In this document: one piece after another, positions 30,430 to 39,473 of the stretch
Layout: every line of letters starts with the position of its first letter
Numbering within the stretch: the stretch's first letter is position 1
Source of the DNA: Chlorobiota bacterium
GTDB taxonomy: Bacteria; Bacteroidota; Ignavibacteria; OLB7
Assembly (NCBI GenBank): GCA_021296135.1
Contig: JAGWAZ010000018.1
Location: 31,808 to 95,807 of the forward strand
DNA length: 64,000 bases
Direction: 5' to 3'
Notes under the pieces: generated by a model
What the model saw: the letters and a program-made list of their open reading frames with translations, nothing else
What the model was told of the DNA's origin: nothing
Databases searched by the model: none
Program-made: the position numbers and the translations under genes

Positions 30430-31431
30430 CTACGTTCTCTTCTCTTTTCGACGCTTTCTTTTGCGCGACGGTATTTTTTCCGCGATCTTGTGGAATGTAC
30501 GTCGTGCATTCCAAGTGCTCTGTTTGATATGGTAAGCAACTTCCGCCCCAACCAAAAAGACCAGAGCCGTGTAGTAAATCCAGAAGGCGCTCGCCGCAAG
30601 GAAGGCATAGGCTCCGTATACACGGGAAAATGTCCTGAACTCAGCCAGGTAGATTGTAAAAACGACGCGTGCAAGCATCCAGAGGAGCGCACTGGTAAGC
30701 GTGCCGGCGAAGATGATGGTGTTCGGTTGCTTCTGGTACGGAGTAAAGCGGAAAATGACATAGAAGAGGATAAACGCAAGGCCGAGGTTTATCGACTCTG
30801 AAATAAACCAGTCCAGGTTGGCAATCGGGATAGCCTCGGCAATCCTGTCGTTGATTGATGCCACAACCTGGAGAAGAGGGCCAACAAGAATTGAGATGAA
30901 GACGAGGATTCCAATCAGTGCGATTGTGAGGATATCGTAAAGTTTGTAGACAAGGAAGAACTTTTCCTCACGACATCGCAGGATGTTATTGATGCCGACC
31001 CGGATTGATGAGGCAAGGGCAGAGCTTGTCCAGAGCAGGCCAATGAAACCGAGCACTCCGGCCAGACCACGGTTGGCTACAATGGCGCTGACCTGCGAGC
31101 CAACAAGCTCGATAATCTGTTCCTGTGAGCCGGCAGCAATTATGAACCGGTCGAGGTAAACCTTAAGCTGCTCTGTTACCTGATCCGGCTCAAGGACATA
31201 TCCAAGCACAAAAAACAGAATAAGAATGGTTGGCACAAGTGCGATAGTGATGTTGAAGGCGATGCCGGCTGCCTGCAAAAAGATGTGGTCGCCATCCGAG
31301 CGGAGAGCTATCTGCCAGATATTTTCACCAACCCAACGAAACCAGTCGCGAAGAGTGCGTGCTCTCTCGGCGAGTGGTTCGCCAAGAACCGAAAAGTTCG
31401 GTAATCTCTTATCGAGCAGTTGTTTCAGCAT
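30430..31431 (-). CDS. YihY/BrkB family inner-membrane protein
   Basis: Six TM helices, conserved YihY core (GIAFNITIALVPTILILF...). Confidence 0.7.
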   Translation of the reverse strand: MLKQLLDKRLPNFSVLGEPLAERARTLRDWFRWVGENIWQIALRSDGDHIFLQAAGIAFNITIALVPTILILFFVLGYVLEPDQVTEQLKVYLDRFIIAAGSQEQIIELVGSQVSAIVANRGLAGVLGFIGLLWTSSALASSIRVGINNILRCREEKFFLVYKLYDILTIALIGILVFISILVGPLLQVVASINDRIAEAIPIANLDWFISESINLGLAFILFYVIFRFTPYQKQPNTIIFAGTLTSALLWMLARVVFTIYLAEFRTFSRVYGAYAFLAASAFWIYYTALVFLVGAEVAYHIKQSTWNARRTFHKIAEKIPSRKRKRRKEKRT

Positions 31432-31538
31432 ACTCTCTCGTGTCTGAAACCTGCATACTAAGAAAAGCGCCCGACATCATGGAATCTTATGACGAGCATT
31501 TGTGATCCCTCTAACGATAAAGCATCTACTGGCGTAGC

Positions 31539-32180
31539 TTACTTTGTCAGATCAATTATGTTCGCTCCTTTCGGAGGAGTAAACGTAAAACGGGAAGAAG
31601 AAATCGTTTTGTTGTAATTAGCGCTCGTAATTGTCAACGTCATTGTTCCAAGCGATGCACTGTTGACGGTGATTTTACGGAAGCGATATGTGCTCTTGTC
31701 AATGTATAGTGTTGCGCTGGAGATGTCTCCAACGCGACTTGAGTCGGATGCAGTGCATTGAACTATCCAGCAGCTCTTACCATTCACAGTTGTACTTCCG
31801 TCAAGAGTTGAGGAGTAATCTCCGGGAAATGATCGAAGTATATCGTTCGGTGTGACCTGTCGGCCACTTGCCGCCTTGTTGATCACGACCTGATTTCTCT
31901 CCTTGATATATGTCCAGCTCTTTGTCCCATTGCTGACAATGGTCTGACTTGGGAGCGTGAGTCGGAATTTATTCCCGGAAGAATACTCTAGTCTACCGGT
32001 TGCGGTCCCTGTAGAACCCGACTGGGAAAACGTGATTTTTGCCGAAGTTGTTTTACTGTATAACTCTTTGGTCTTTTTCACAATGTTCTCAACATCATCC
32101 TTAAGCATATGGGCCTGGAGTGCAAGGGGAAAGAAAAAGGCAATAGTGAGAAGTCCGAGTATTCTTTGCATAATGGTCAA
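31539..32180 (-). CDS. LolA-like outer-membrane lipoprotein carrier/sorting protein
   Basis: Signal peptide, ~200 aa mature; LolA-like pattern (AKITFSQ...SGNKFRLTLP...). Confidence 0.45.
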   Translation of the reverse strand: MTIMQRILGLLTIAFFFPLALQAHMLKDDVENIVKKTKELYSKTTSAKITFSQSGSTGTATGRLEYSSGNKFRLTLPSQTIVSNGTKSWTYIKERNQVVINKAASGRQVTPNDILRSFPGDYSSTLDGSTTVNGKSCWIVQCTASDSSRVGDISSATLYIDKSTYRFRKITVNSASLGTMTLTITSANYNKTISSSRFTFTPPKGANIIDLTK

Positions 32181-32331
32181 TCAAATCAGTTGTTCGGTCA
32201 ATATCGCATGTTTGTCGGACTACATGGAGAAGTGTTTAACGGAAAATGCCAATTTTTCTAATGTCAATTGTCGAATGATACAAGTAATCGGTACAACCTT
32301 CGTTCGACATTCGAACTTTGAAAATCACAAT

Positions 32332-34509
32332 TCACCATTTCCAATCTGCCTGGAGAGTCCATCTTCCGCTTAGGTTTCCCCGAATTTCCTGCAAACTTCC
32401 TTCAGAGATGATCTCCCGGTCGGCATACCATGTTTCCGCATACCGGGCGGAAATAGAAAAAGATTCTTCGGGAGACCATTCGGCCATCAGATAAAACCGA
32501 CGTCCTTCCCCTGAGAGTGCAATGTTCGTTAATCTTCCTGGAACATCCTGTTCAAATTCGTACAGGCGAACATCACTCCTTTCGGCATTAAACAATATAA
32601 GCCGAGAACCGAATCTTACGGTTGATAGCGGTTTCCATTGGATGTCAAGAAAGCTCAAGGTGCCATCGGCATCCTCTATACTGTTTGAATATCTTGCAAC
32701 CTTCTGCTCAAGACGTGCGCGGATTTCTATTGGACTATCATGGGGTTTCCAAATAGCTGTGATACGGCCGTTGGCAATTATACGATCTACCAGTTGCTCT
32801 ATGCCACGTCCAAGCTCATCTTCTGTTTTGATAACATCATCACGTTTCTCCGTTTTTAATCGTGCCTGAAGTTGCAATGCGGGTGTTATCCTATACTCAA
32901 ACAAACCCATGGCATCGATTCCCGAAACCGGAAGGGGTACTGTTGAGGTAGCTTCCGGTAGGCGATAGATATCCGTATAGAACGAGAGGAATGCTCTCGG
33001 GAACAACCGAGTGCGCACACCAAGATAAAGACCGAATTCATTCCGGGGATTTGCCGGAGATTCGCCGAACCCAACGCCATAGGGGGAGAAGAAAGATGTC
33101 TGGTAATATCGTGTGGAGAGGGTCAGGTCAATTCCTGAAAGCCGGATGGCCGTGCCAACTATTCCGGCAAAGGCCCCATTGCCTGTGAGGGCAAACTCCC
33201 CAAAGGTTCGACCCGCAGCAAATGGAGTTTCAAAGTCAAGGCTGGCAAGATCCCATTGACTACCATGAAAATCATAGGGAAGGGTTCCACCGAGCGGGCT
33301 ATCATACTGGCCGGTAGAGGCGGTCAATCCAATCCGGGACTCACTGATATGACCTGAGATATTTCCACCGATGATTTGTTCGGTCAGCCTGCCGGCTCTG
33401 CGAATATCTCTTCGTGTTCGAAGCAGTCCGTCATCTCGAATCGAAGTCACAAGGACCTCTGCATCGGCTCCACCCTCAGTCTGAGGAATAATGCTTGCGG
33501 CCAGTGAACGTTGTGAATAAAACCCGGTTACCTCGAGCCAGGAGGGGAGCCAGTCACCACGCCCAAGGATGATTCCGGCACCACGAAAGAAGTATCGCTC
33601 TCCGGTTGATCGGTAACCTTGCAATCCTCCTCGTCCGTTGTATGGATCACGCGTTGGGGAACTTCCTTTTCTACCCCCAAACGTTCTGCCAAAGAGAAGT
33701 CCCTGACCAAAATTTGCGGAGTAATCACCGAGGAAAATGGTTGCCGGTTCCAACTCAGCAACCAGATGTCCGCTCAGGAATCCTCCGAATCCCGAGCGCG
33801 TCGTAAAGGAAGAAAGCTCTTGCGGATCAACCTTCTCGAAATTGTTGTAGGTAAACTCTGCTGTGTCTCTATAGATCAATTCCTCTCCTGGATCTTTTTC
33901 AAAGGTGATACCGGCCGAAATCCGGTCATGGCCTAAAAGAAGACGAGTCAGTATCCCTTGTTCGGTTCCCAAGTATCGGGATCCAAGCGCTATCGTGTCG
34001 AGACCTGTGGAGTCACCGGTCAACAGATCTCGTCGGATAAGAAGACGGTACTCTTTTTCGGAGAAGCCACGCCGTTTCTGGACATCTTGGGTAACCCGGG
34101 AACGGAGTTGTATTGAAAGCGGGGGTTTGCCAGATGCTCCCTGTCGAAGTTCCAGCGTAGTGAAGGCGCTGAGAAGCTGTAGCAGATATGAGTCAATCCA
34201 GTCGAGTCCGGCGAAATCTTCGAAGTTGGATGGAGATTCCGTCTGAAGAAATTCGATGATGCGTGCCGCGGTCTGTAGAGAAACCCCGGGAAGCTCTACG
34301 AGTTTCTCCACTGTTGTATTGTAGAGAGGAAGAGGCTGTGCAAGGTAACCTTCAAGAAGGTCAATGATCGATTGATCGACCTCCTCTTCGCTCCCCATCT
34401 CTTCGAGAAGGCGTTCAAGCTCTGCTTCGGTTGGGAGTTGAGCAAAGAGTATATGAGGAAGAATTATCCAAAGGCAAAACAAAAGGACTTGTGGGAAATA
34501 TGTCTTCAT
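32332..34509 (-). CDS. helix-hairpin-helix (ComEA-like) domain protein with large C-terminal beta-rich region, secreted
   Basis: Signal peptide; HhH motif EKLVELPGVSLQTAARIIEFL; 725 aa. Confidence 0.5.
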   Translation of the reverse strand: MKTYFPQVLLFCLWIILPHILFAQLPTEAELERLLEEMGSEEEVDQSIIDLLEGYLAQPLPLYNTTVEKLVELPGVSLQTAARIIEFLQTESPSNFEDFAGLDWIDSYLLQLLSAFTTLELRQGASGKPPLSIQLRSRVTQDVQKRRGFSEKEYRLLIRRDLLTGDSTGLDTIALGSRYLGTEQGILTRLLLGHDRISAGITFEKDPGEELIYRDTAEFTYNNFEKVDPQELSSFTTRSGFGGFLSGHLVAELEPATIFLGDYSANFGQGLLFGRTFGGRKGSSPTRDPYNGRGGLQGYRSTGERYFFRGAGIILGRGDWLPSWLEVTGFYSQRSLAASIIPQTEGGADAEVLVTSIRDDGLLRTRRDIRRAGRLTEQIIGGNISGHISESRIGLTASTGQYDSPLGGTLPYDFHGSQWDLASLDFETPFAAGRTFGEFALTGNGAFAGIVGTAIRLSGIDLTLSTRYYQTSFFSPYGVGFGESPANPRNEFGLYLGVRTRLFPRAFLSFYTDIYRLPEATSTVPLPVSGIDAMGLFEYRITPALQLQARLKTEKRDDVIKTEDELGRGIEQLVDRIIANGRITAIWKPHDSPIEIRARLEQKVARYSNSIEDADGTLSFLDIQWKPLSTVRFGSRLILFNAERSDVRLYEFEQDVPGRLTNIALSGEGRRFYLMAEWSPEESFSISARYAETWYADREIISEGSLQEIRGNLSGRWTLQADWKW

Positions 34510-34577
34510 AGTTCAGTTGGTAGTGAGTTAATGATTGTGATGATCTGTCGCGACACAAAGCTGTCAGAAGAGCTGGA

Positions 34578-35405
34578 TTACCACGTGATTCCTGCTCCGA
34601 ATACGTGACGAAGGCCGAGTGGATCGACATACGATCCGCCATAATCAACGATAACGTTGTCGGTTCGGAATCCCAGGCCAAAGCCAACTGTCGATGGCTC
34701 TGATCCCATCCCGGCTCGAAGAGAAAGGTTCTTGAGTGGTTCAAGCTCAATTCCAAAAGCAAAGCCAAGATCGCGACGTAGCTCTTGGATCACGTCGAGC
34801 GATAGAGAAAGCATTGAGTCTGGAGTCCACCCAAAACCGAACGCCAGGCGTTGCGGAATATCCTGATCCGTTATTGCGCTTCGCGTAGTGTTGATAAAGG
34901 AGGCGCCGAAAGTTGCTTTCGGTGAAACCTGAACCTGTACCCCTATATCGAGAAGCGGAATAACACTTGAACCATAGCGTTGAATCGAGACGCTCTGTAG
35001 CAACAGAGTAGCCCCAACGCTCAGGTGTTTCTCAATCTGTGCTGCTCCAACGATTCCTCCGGCGGCTTCGCGGTATTCTCCGCTTCCAAAGGCGGCTCCA
35101 GACAAACCGACCTGAACCGATTCTCCAATTACGGCTCCTCCAATGAATGCACCTTCCTTGTAATCTTCAATACCAAGTGCTGATGGTGAGAAACAGCCGA
35201 GCAGAACTCCACTCTGAAGCGAAGCGAGTGAAGCCGGATTTTGGTGTACGAACCATGCGCTGCCGGTCCGTCCGGTTGTTGAGCCGGCAAACCCAGCCTC
35301 AAGTGGATCGACTCGTTGAAGCGTCTGAGCAAACATGAAGGAGGAAGTGCAGGCAATAAGGGCTACAAAAACTGACAGCCTCCGAAGCATCGAAAACGTA
35401 TACAT
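34578..35405 (-). CDS. putative outer-membrane beta-barrel protein (PorQ/PorP-like?)
   Basis: Signal peptide, alternating amphipathic strands, C-terminal ...GAGITW. Confidence 0.35.
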   Translation of the reverse strand: MYTFSMLRRLSVFVALIACTSSFMFAQTLQRVDPLEAGFAGSTTGRTGSAWFVHQNPASLASLQSGVLLGCFSPSALGIEDYKEGAFIGGAVIGESVQVGLSGAAFGSGEYREAAGGIVGAAQIEKHLSVGATLLLQSVSIQRYGSSVIPLLDIGVQVQVSPKATFGASFINTTRSAITDQDIPQRLAFGFGWTPDSMLSLSLDVIQELRRDLGFAFGIELEPLKNLSLRAGMGSEPSTVGFGLGFRTDNVIVDYGGSYVDPLGLRHVFGAGITW

Positions 35406-35494
35406 GACAGCGTCGTTCAGGGTTGATTGAACTGTTGGAATAACTTAGCCTCGATAATGCAAAACATTTTTGATTCACGCAAGACCTACTCTCA

Positions 35495-36511
35495 ATGAAT
35501 ATTCTTGTTATAGGGGGAACGATCTTCCTCGGTCGCCACTTCGTTCAAGCTGTGTTAAATGCGGGACATCAACTTACGCTCTTCCATCGTGGCAAATCAA
35601 ATCCCAATCTCTTCCCCGAAGCAGAACATATACTTGGCGATCGACGTTTGACCGAGGACTTGAAGAAGTTGGAGGGCCGATCATGGGATGCCCTTTTCGA
35701 TCCGAGCGGATACTTCCCACGCGATGTTGAGACCTTGCTTGATGTGGTCGGGCTGAACGTCAACCACTACACGTTTATCTCAAGCATCGGTGTTTATCCT
35801 CATGGTAAGGAGGGATCGAATGAGAATTCTCCTGTTGAAGAGTTGACTTCTCAGATGTCCCGTGATAAGATTACCCCGGAGAACTATGGCCCTTTGAAAG
35901 CGGCTGCCGAGGCAAAGGGAGAAGAGATGTTGTCCGGGAAAACGCTGAATATCCGACCTGGATTGATTGCCGGACCGCACGATCCAAGCGATCGTTTTAC
36001 CTATTGGCCCTGGCGTGTATTGCAGGGAGGAAGAGTCCTCGCTCCAGGTATACCGGAGCAGTCCGTGCAGGTTATTGATGGACGCGATCTTGCCGGGTGG
36101 ATATTGCGGTTGGTTGAGACCGGTACTACTGGCCTCTTTAACGGAACCGGACCCGCACAACCTATGCCAATGAATCGATTTCTGGGGACGTGCAAGGAAT
36201 CTCTTGGATCTGATGCTGAATTCCTCTGGGCAAGCGAAGAGTTTCTTGCAGAACATAAGGTCTCCGCATATACTGAAATGCCTCTCTGGATTCCTTCTGA
36301 GTCGAATGGAATGAATCAGGCAGATATCTCTCGTGCCCTGGAAGCAGGGTTGACCTTTCGCCCGATTGAAGAGACAATTCGTGAGACTATGGAATGGTTC
36401 AAGACGACAGATCGATTTGAAGATGGGTTGCGGGCTGGAATTTCGCGTGATCGTGAACGCGAATTACTGGGAGAGTTGAGCCTGAAAGGAGAATCTATCG
36501 AAAAAGAATAG
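35495..36511 (+). CDS. NAD(P)-dependent epimerase/dehydratase (atypical SDR) family protein
   Basis: MNILVIGGTIFLGRHFV Rossmann GxxGxxG start. Confidence 0.7.
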   Translation: MNILVIGGTIFLGRHFVQAVLNAGHQLTLFHRGKSNPNLFPEAEHILGDRRLTEDLKKLEGRSWDALFDPSGYFPRDVETLLDVVGLNVNHYTFISSIGVYPHGKEGSNENSPVEELTSQMSRDKITPENYGPLKAAAEAKGEEMLSGKTLNIRPGLIAGPHDPSDRFTYWPWRVLQGGRVLAPGIPEQSVQVIDGRDLAGWILRLVETGTTGLFNGTGPAQPMPMNRFLGTCKESLGSDAEFLWASEEFLAEHKVSAYTEMPLWIPSESNGMNQADISRALEAGLTFRPIEETIRETMEWFKTTDRFEDGLRAGISRDRERELLGELSLKGESIEKE

Positions 36512-36535
36512 GCACAAAGAGATGGATGCGATGGA

Positions 36536-37393
36536 CTATCCCCCAAGCAAAACTACTGCCACCGCAGCAAAGCCGATGCCAATCCATGCAGGGCGTGTAA
36601 GCTGTTTCCGCCATATCGACACTGCAGCAAGCGTTGCAGTAACAACACCTCCTGCGCTGACGATCGGGAAGACAACCGAGGCTGGAACTTCATGAAGAGC
36701 CTGGATAAGAAACCAACTGGCGAGGCAGCTTGGGATGCCAAGCAGTCCACCGAGCAAGAGATCATGTCTTTCTATAGCGGCTGATGCCTGTTGTTTACCC
36801 TGAATCGATCGAAAGGCAATAATCCTCCAACAGATCACGGCTGAACATCCAAACAGATAAAAGAGCAAGGGCCCATGCTCCACATGGTTGGCTTGAGCAA
36901 TCTTCATTGAGAATTCGTTAAGCGTCATAACGAAGAAGAGGAGAGTAAGGAGGAGTATCGTTCCGAAGTCATAGCTCTTCTTTTTTGCATCTGCGCGTTG
37001 TGACAGCCCGAGGAAGATAAATGTAATGAGGCCAAGAAGAATGCCGAGAATTCTGAGCGGATCAGGCTGCTCGTGGTAAATGATAATTGAGAGGATAATC
37101 GGCCCGATAGTGGCGGTTCGTGCAACACTGCCGGTGATGGCAAGTCCTGTCGACCTGATGGCCTTCATCAATAGCAGAAAGCCTGCAACAAATCTACCCC
37201 CAACAAGCAAGGCAAATCCTAACCACGGTGTTGCCAGCGTGGGATTCCCTTTCGCAATTACAAAGCCCGGAACCGAGACAACAATATAGTTCGCTCCGGC
37301 AACAACGATGCGGTCTCCCTTCCGGGTTTCATTGAACTTAAGAATGAGAGCGATTGCAAGAGAAGAGATAACGGTCAGCAGAACATAGAACAT
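36536..37393 (-). CDS. DMT-superfamily (EamA-like) membrane transporter
   Basis: ~10 TM helices in two repeats, 285 aa. Confidence 0.5.
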   Translation of the reverse strand: MFYVLLTVISSLAIALILKFNETRKGDRIVVAGANYIVVSVPGFVIAKGNPTLATPWLGFALLVGGRFVAGFLLLMKAIRSTGLAITGSVARTATIGPIILSIIIYHEQPDPLRILGILLGLITFIFLGLSQRADAKKKSYDFGTILLLTLLFFVMTLNEFSMKIAQANHVEHGPLLFYLFGCSAVICWRIIAFRSIQGKQQASAAIERHDLLLGGLLGIPSCLASWFLIQALHEVPASVVFPIVSAGGVVTATLAAVSIWRKQLTRPAWIGIGFAAVAVVLLGG

Positions 37394-37408
37394 ACTACTA
37401 CCGGAGAG

Positions 37409-37780
37409 TCAGTTCAGATGAGTTGGCATAAGCCTTTTCTGCTTGCGACGGTAATGGAGTAGATCGTGGAGGAGGCTCTGGAGCGCTGCCCGGCTTATCT
37501 GTTCTTCGCCAAACTCTTCATGTCGTACACGATAAATACGATTCCTTCCTTCATGCCCATCATACGGTTCAATTGTCAACGCCCCGTAGCCCATGTCAAA
37601 GAAGGGACTTTTCCCGCGAAGGTACTCCTGAACCTCGTGTATCTCCTCAACGCCAAGCTCTGCGTTCAGCATCTTCCAGAGGATATCATCGTTCTGTCGT
37701 GATCGATTCGCCATGTGTGATAATAGTTCCTGGCGTTTAGCGAATGAAGATAAAGAACGAAGCCGGATCAGTAAGAACAT
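37409..37780 (-). CDS. hypothetical protein (likely starts at internal MANRSRQ)
   Basis: ORF only. Confidence 0.3.
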   Translation of the reverse strand: MFLLIRLRSLSSFAKRQELLSHMANRSRQNDDILWKMLNAELGVEEIHEVQEYLRGKSPFFDMGYGALTIEPYDGHEGRNRIYRVRHEEFGEEQISRAALQSLLHDLLHYRRKQKRLMPTHLN

Positions 37781-37822
37781 TCCGACCCGGCCTCACAACC
37801 AAATGGTTCAAAGCGCATCTGT

Positions 37823-38546
37823 TCAGTCGTGTGACTCCTCATGTTTGACCATCACTATTTGTGCATCGATGCTATCACCCTCGTCAAGCGTTCCTGTAAG
37901 TGCAACTGTATAGATATACCTCTCCTCAAGAGTAAATGGGAGATCAGGAAGAATAGGCTGTTTGCCATCAACTTCCTGAATTCTCAGCGTGACCTCTCCG
38001 GCATCAACCGACGTGAAATTTTCGGTTTTTTCAAGGAATGCAGCGTCGGGGATAATTGCCCCCTGGCCCGTTCCCTGAAAAGAGAGCTTGACGTTGGAGG
38101 CATCAGGGATAAGGTGTGCAATGCGAATGTGCCCTTTGCCGGCAGAAGGTTCGGAAAGATTATCCTGGAAGCGTAGAAGGCTGAAGACGTTTTGATCATT
38201 ATTGACGGCAAAAAGTGTGTAGTGTTCGTCTTTTGTAAGCGTCAGGTTCTCATCTATGACCGGATTGGCAGCATCGCCTGTTGGAGTAACCCGTACCCGT
38301 CGTTCACCCGCCTCGATCTCATCATAGCCCGCTCCGAATTGACTAAATGTTGCGTTGGTGACGGCAGTCATAATCATCAATCAGGAGATCAACGCCTGCC
38401 GCTGCCGGTGCTGCGTGTATGAAGAGAATCTCCGTATGGTCATCGCTCTCCTCTGGTGGTTGGGTCGTATCCTCTTCACATCCCTGGAAAAGAGGGAGTC
38501 CGACTACGATAACCGGAAGCAGTAAGAAGAATTTGATCTTCTTCAT
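37823..38546 (-). pseudogene. DUF4397 lipoprotein gene split by frameshift (ORFs 38343-38546 and 37823-38380)
   Basis: Upstream ORF carries the signal peptide plus ILFIHAAPAAAGVDLLIDDY. Downstream ORF continues with TNATFSQFGAGY...YTLFAVNNDQ...IRIAHLIPDASNVKL. Both halves are colinear with the intact paralog at 38557-39273. Confidence 0.55.
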
Positions 38547-38556
38547 TTCGTGTTCT

Positions 38557-39273
38557 TCAATTATGCTTGATGACCGTTAATGATGGGGCAGCAGTTGTGC
38601 CGGTGGCAGCAAGAGTATAGATCTTCCCGTCCTCCAACGTTACCTGCTCTTCCAGGATTGGGTCTATTCCTGTTCCGGTAGTATCGCCAGGTCCGGTCAG
38701 CTGCGCATCCATAAACCTGACGACCTGATATGGGTTAGGAGGAACTGCTTGGACAAAAGATTCGCTATTCTGTTTGAACTCAAGGCTGTCATATAACGGT
38801 CCAAGACCAGACTCCTTGAGAGCTACACGTGTTTTCGGAGCATCAAAAATCAGATGTGCTGCACGAATCAAAGCCGTTCCTGACGCCGGCGTTGTCAAAT
38901 CATCCCTGAACAGAAGTAGGTCTGCGTTCCCGGCCCCATCGTTGATGGCAATAAGCGTGTAGCTCTCACTCTCTTCAAAGCGATGAATACCCTCAAAGAT
39001 TGTGTTTGTCGTACCAGAGGAGACAAGCTTGACGTTACGTGTTCCGGATGCCACATCGAGATATGTGGTCACGTTACCAAAACTGTGATTGAGAGCGACG
39101 GACTCTCCTTCTACAAGGAGGTGAACGCCTTGTACGGCAGTATCGGGAGCCGCATGGAAAAATATAACTTTTGGTTTTACCTCAACCGGATCGATTGTGT
39201 CTTCGCTACAACCTGTGGCGAATATACCGGCAGTAAGTATGAGGGGAAGTAGAACAGAATACATTTGTTTCAT
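38557..39273 (-). CDS. DUF4397 domain lipoprotein
   Basis: Lipobox FATGCSED; VIFFHAAPDTAVQGVHLLVEGE...YTLIAINDGAGNADLLLF...IRAAHLIFDAPKTRVAL repeats. Confidence 0.6.
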   Translation of the reverse strand: MKQMYSVLLPLILTAGIFATGCSEDTIDPVEVKPKVIFFHAAPDTAVQGVHLLVEGESVALNHSFGNVTTYLDVASGTRNVKLVSSGTTNTIFEGIHRFEESESYTLIAINDGAGNADLLLFRDDLTTPASGTALIRAAHLIFDAPKTRVALKESGLGPLYDSLEFKQNSESFVQAVPPNPYQVVRFMDAQLTGPGDTTGTGIDPILEEQVTLEDGKIYTLAATGTTAAPSLTVIKHN

Positions 39274-39315
39274 GATTTCTTTGTATCGATAGATGTCCCA
39301 GAAACGTATTTACCA

Positions 39316-39415
39316 AATGATACCACATTTCTATGATAGACGGTTATATCAAGATGTTACAGATATGTGTTTATTCGGATGATAACACGCTTCTATGATA
39401 GACAGTTAAATCGAG
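39316..39415. promoter_or_regulatory. Two ~38-bp imperfect direct repeats (AATGATAcCACatTTCTATGATAGACgGTTAtATCaAG / GATGATAaCACgcTTCTATGATAGACaGTTAaATCgAG) 43-140 bp upstream of the DUF4397 gene pair
   Basis: Read directly. Confidence 0.3.
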
Positions 39416-39473
39416 TTGATAGAACACTCGATAGGTATGGAATGTTCACCTTTTGATCTGATGTCGAAGTCTC

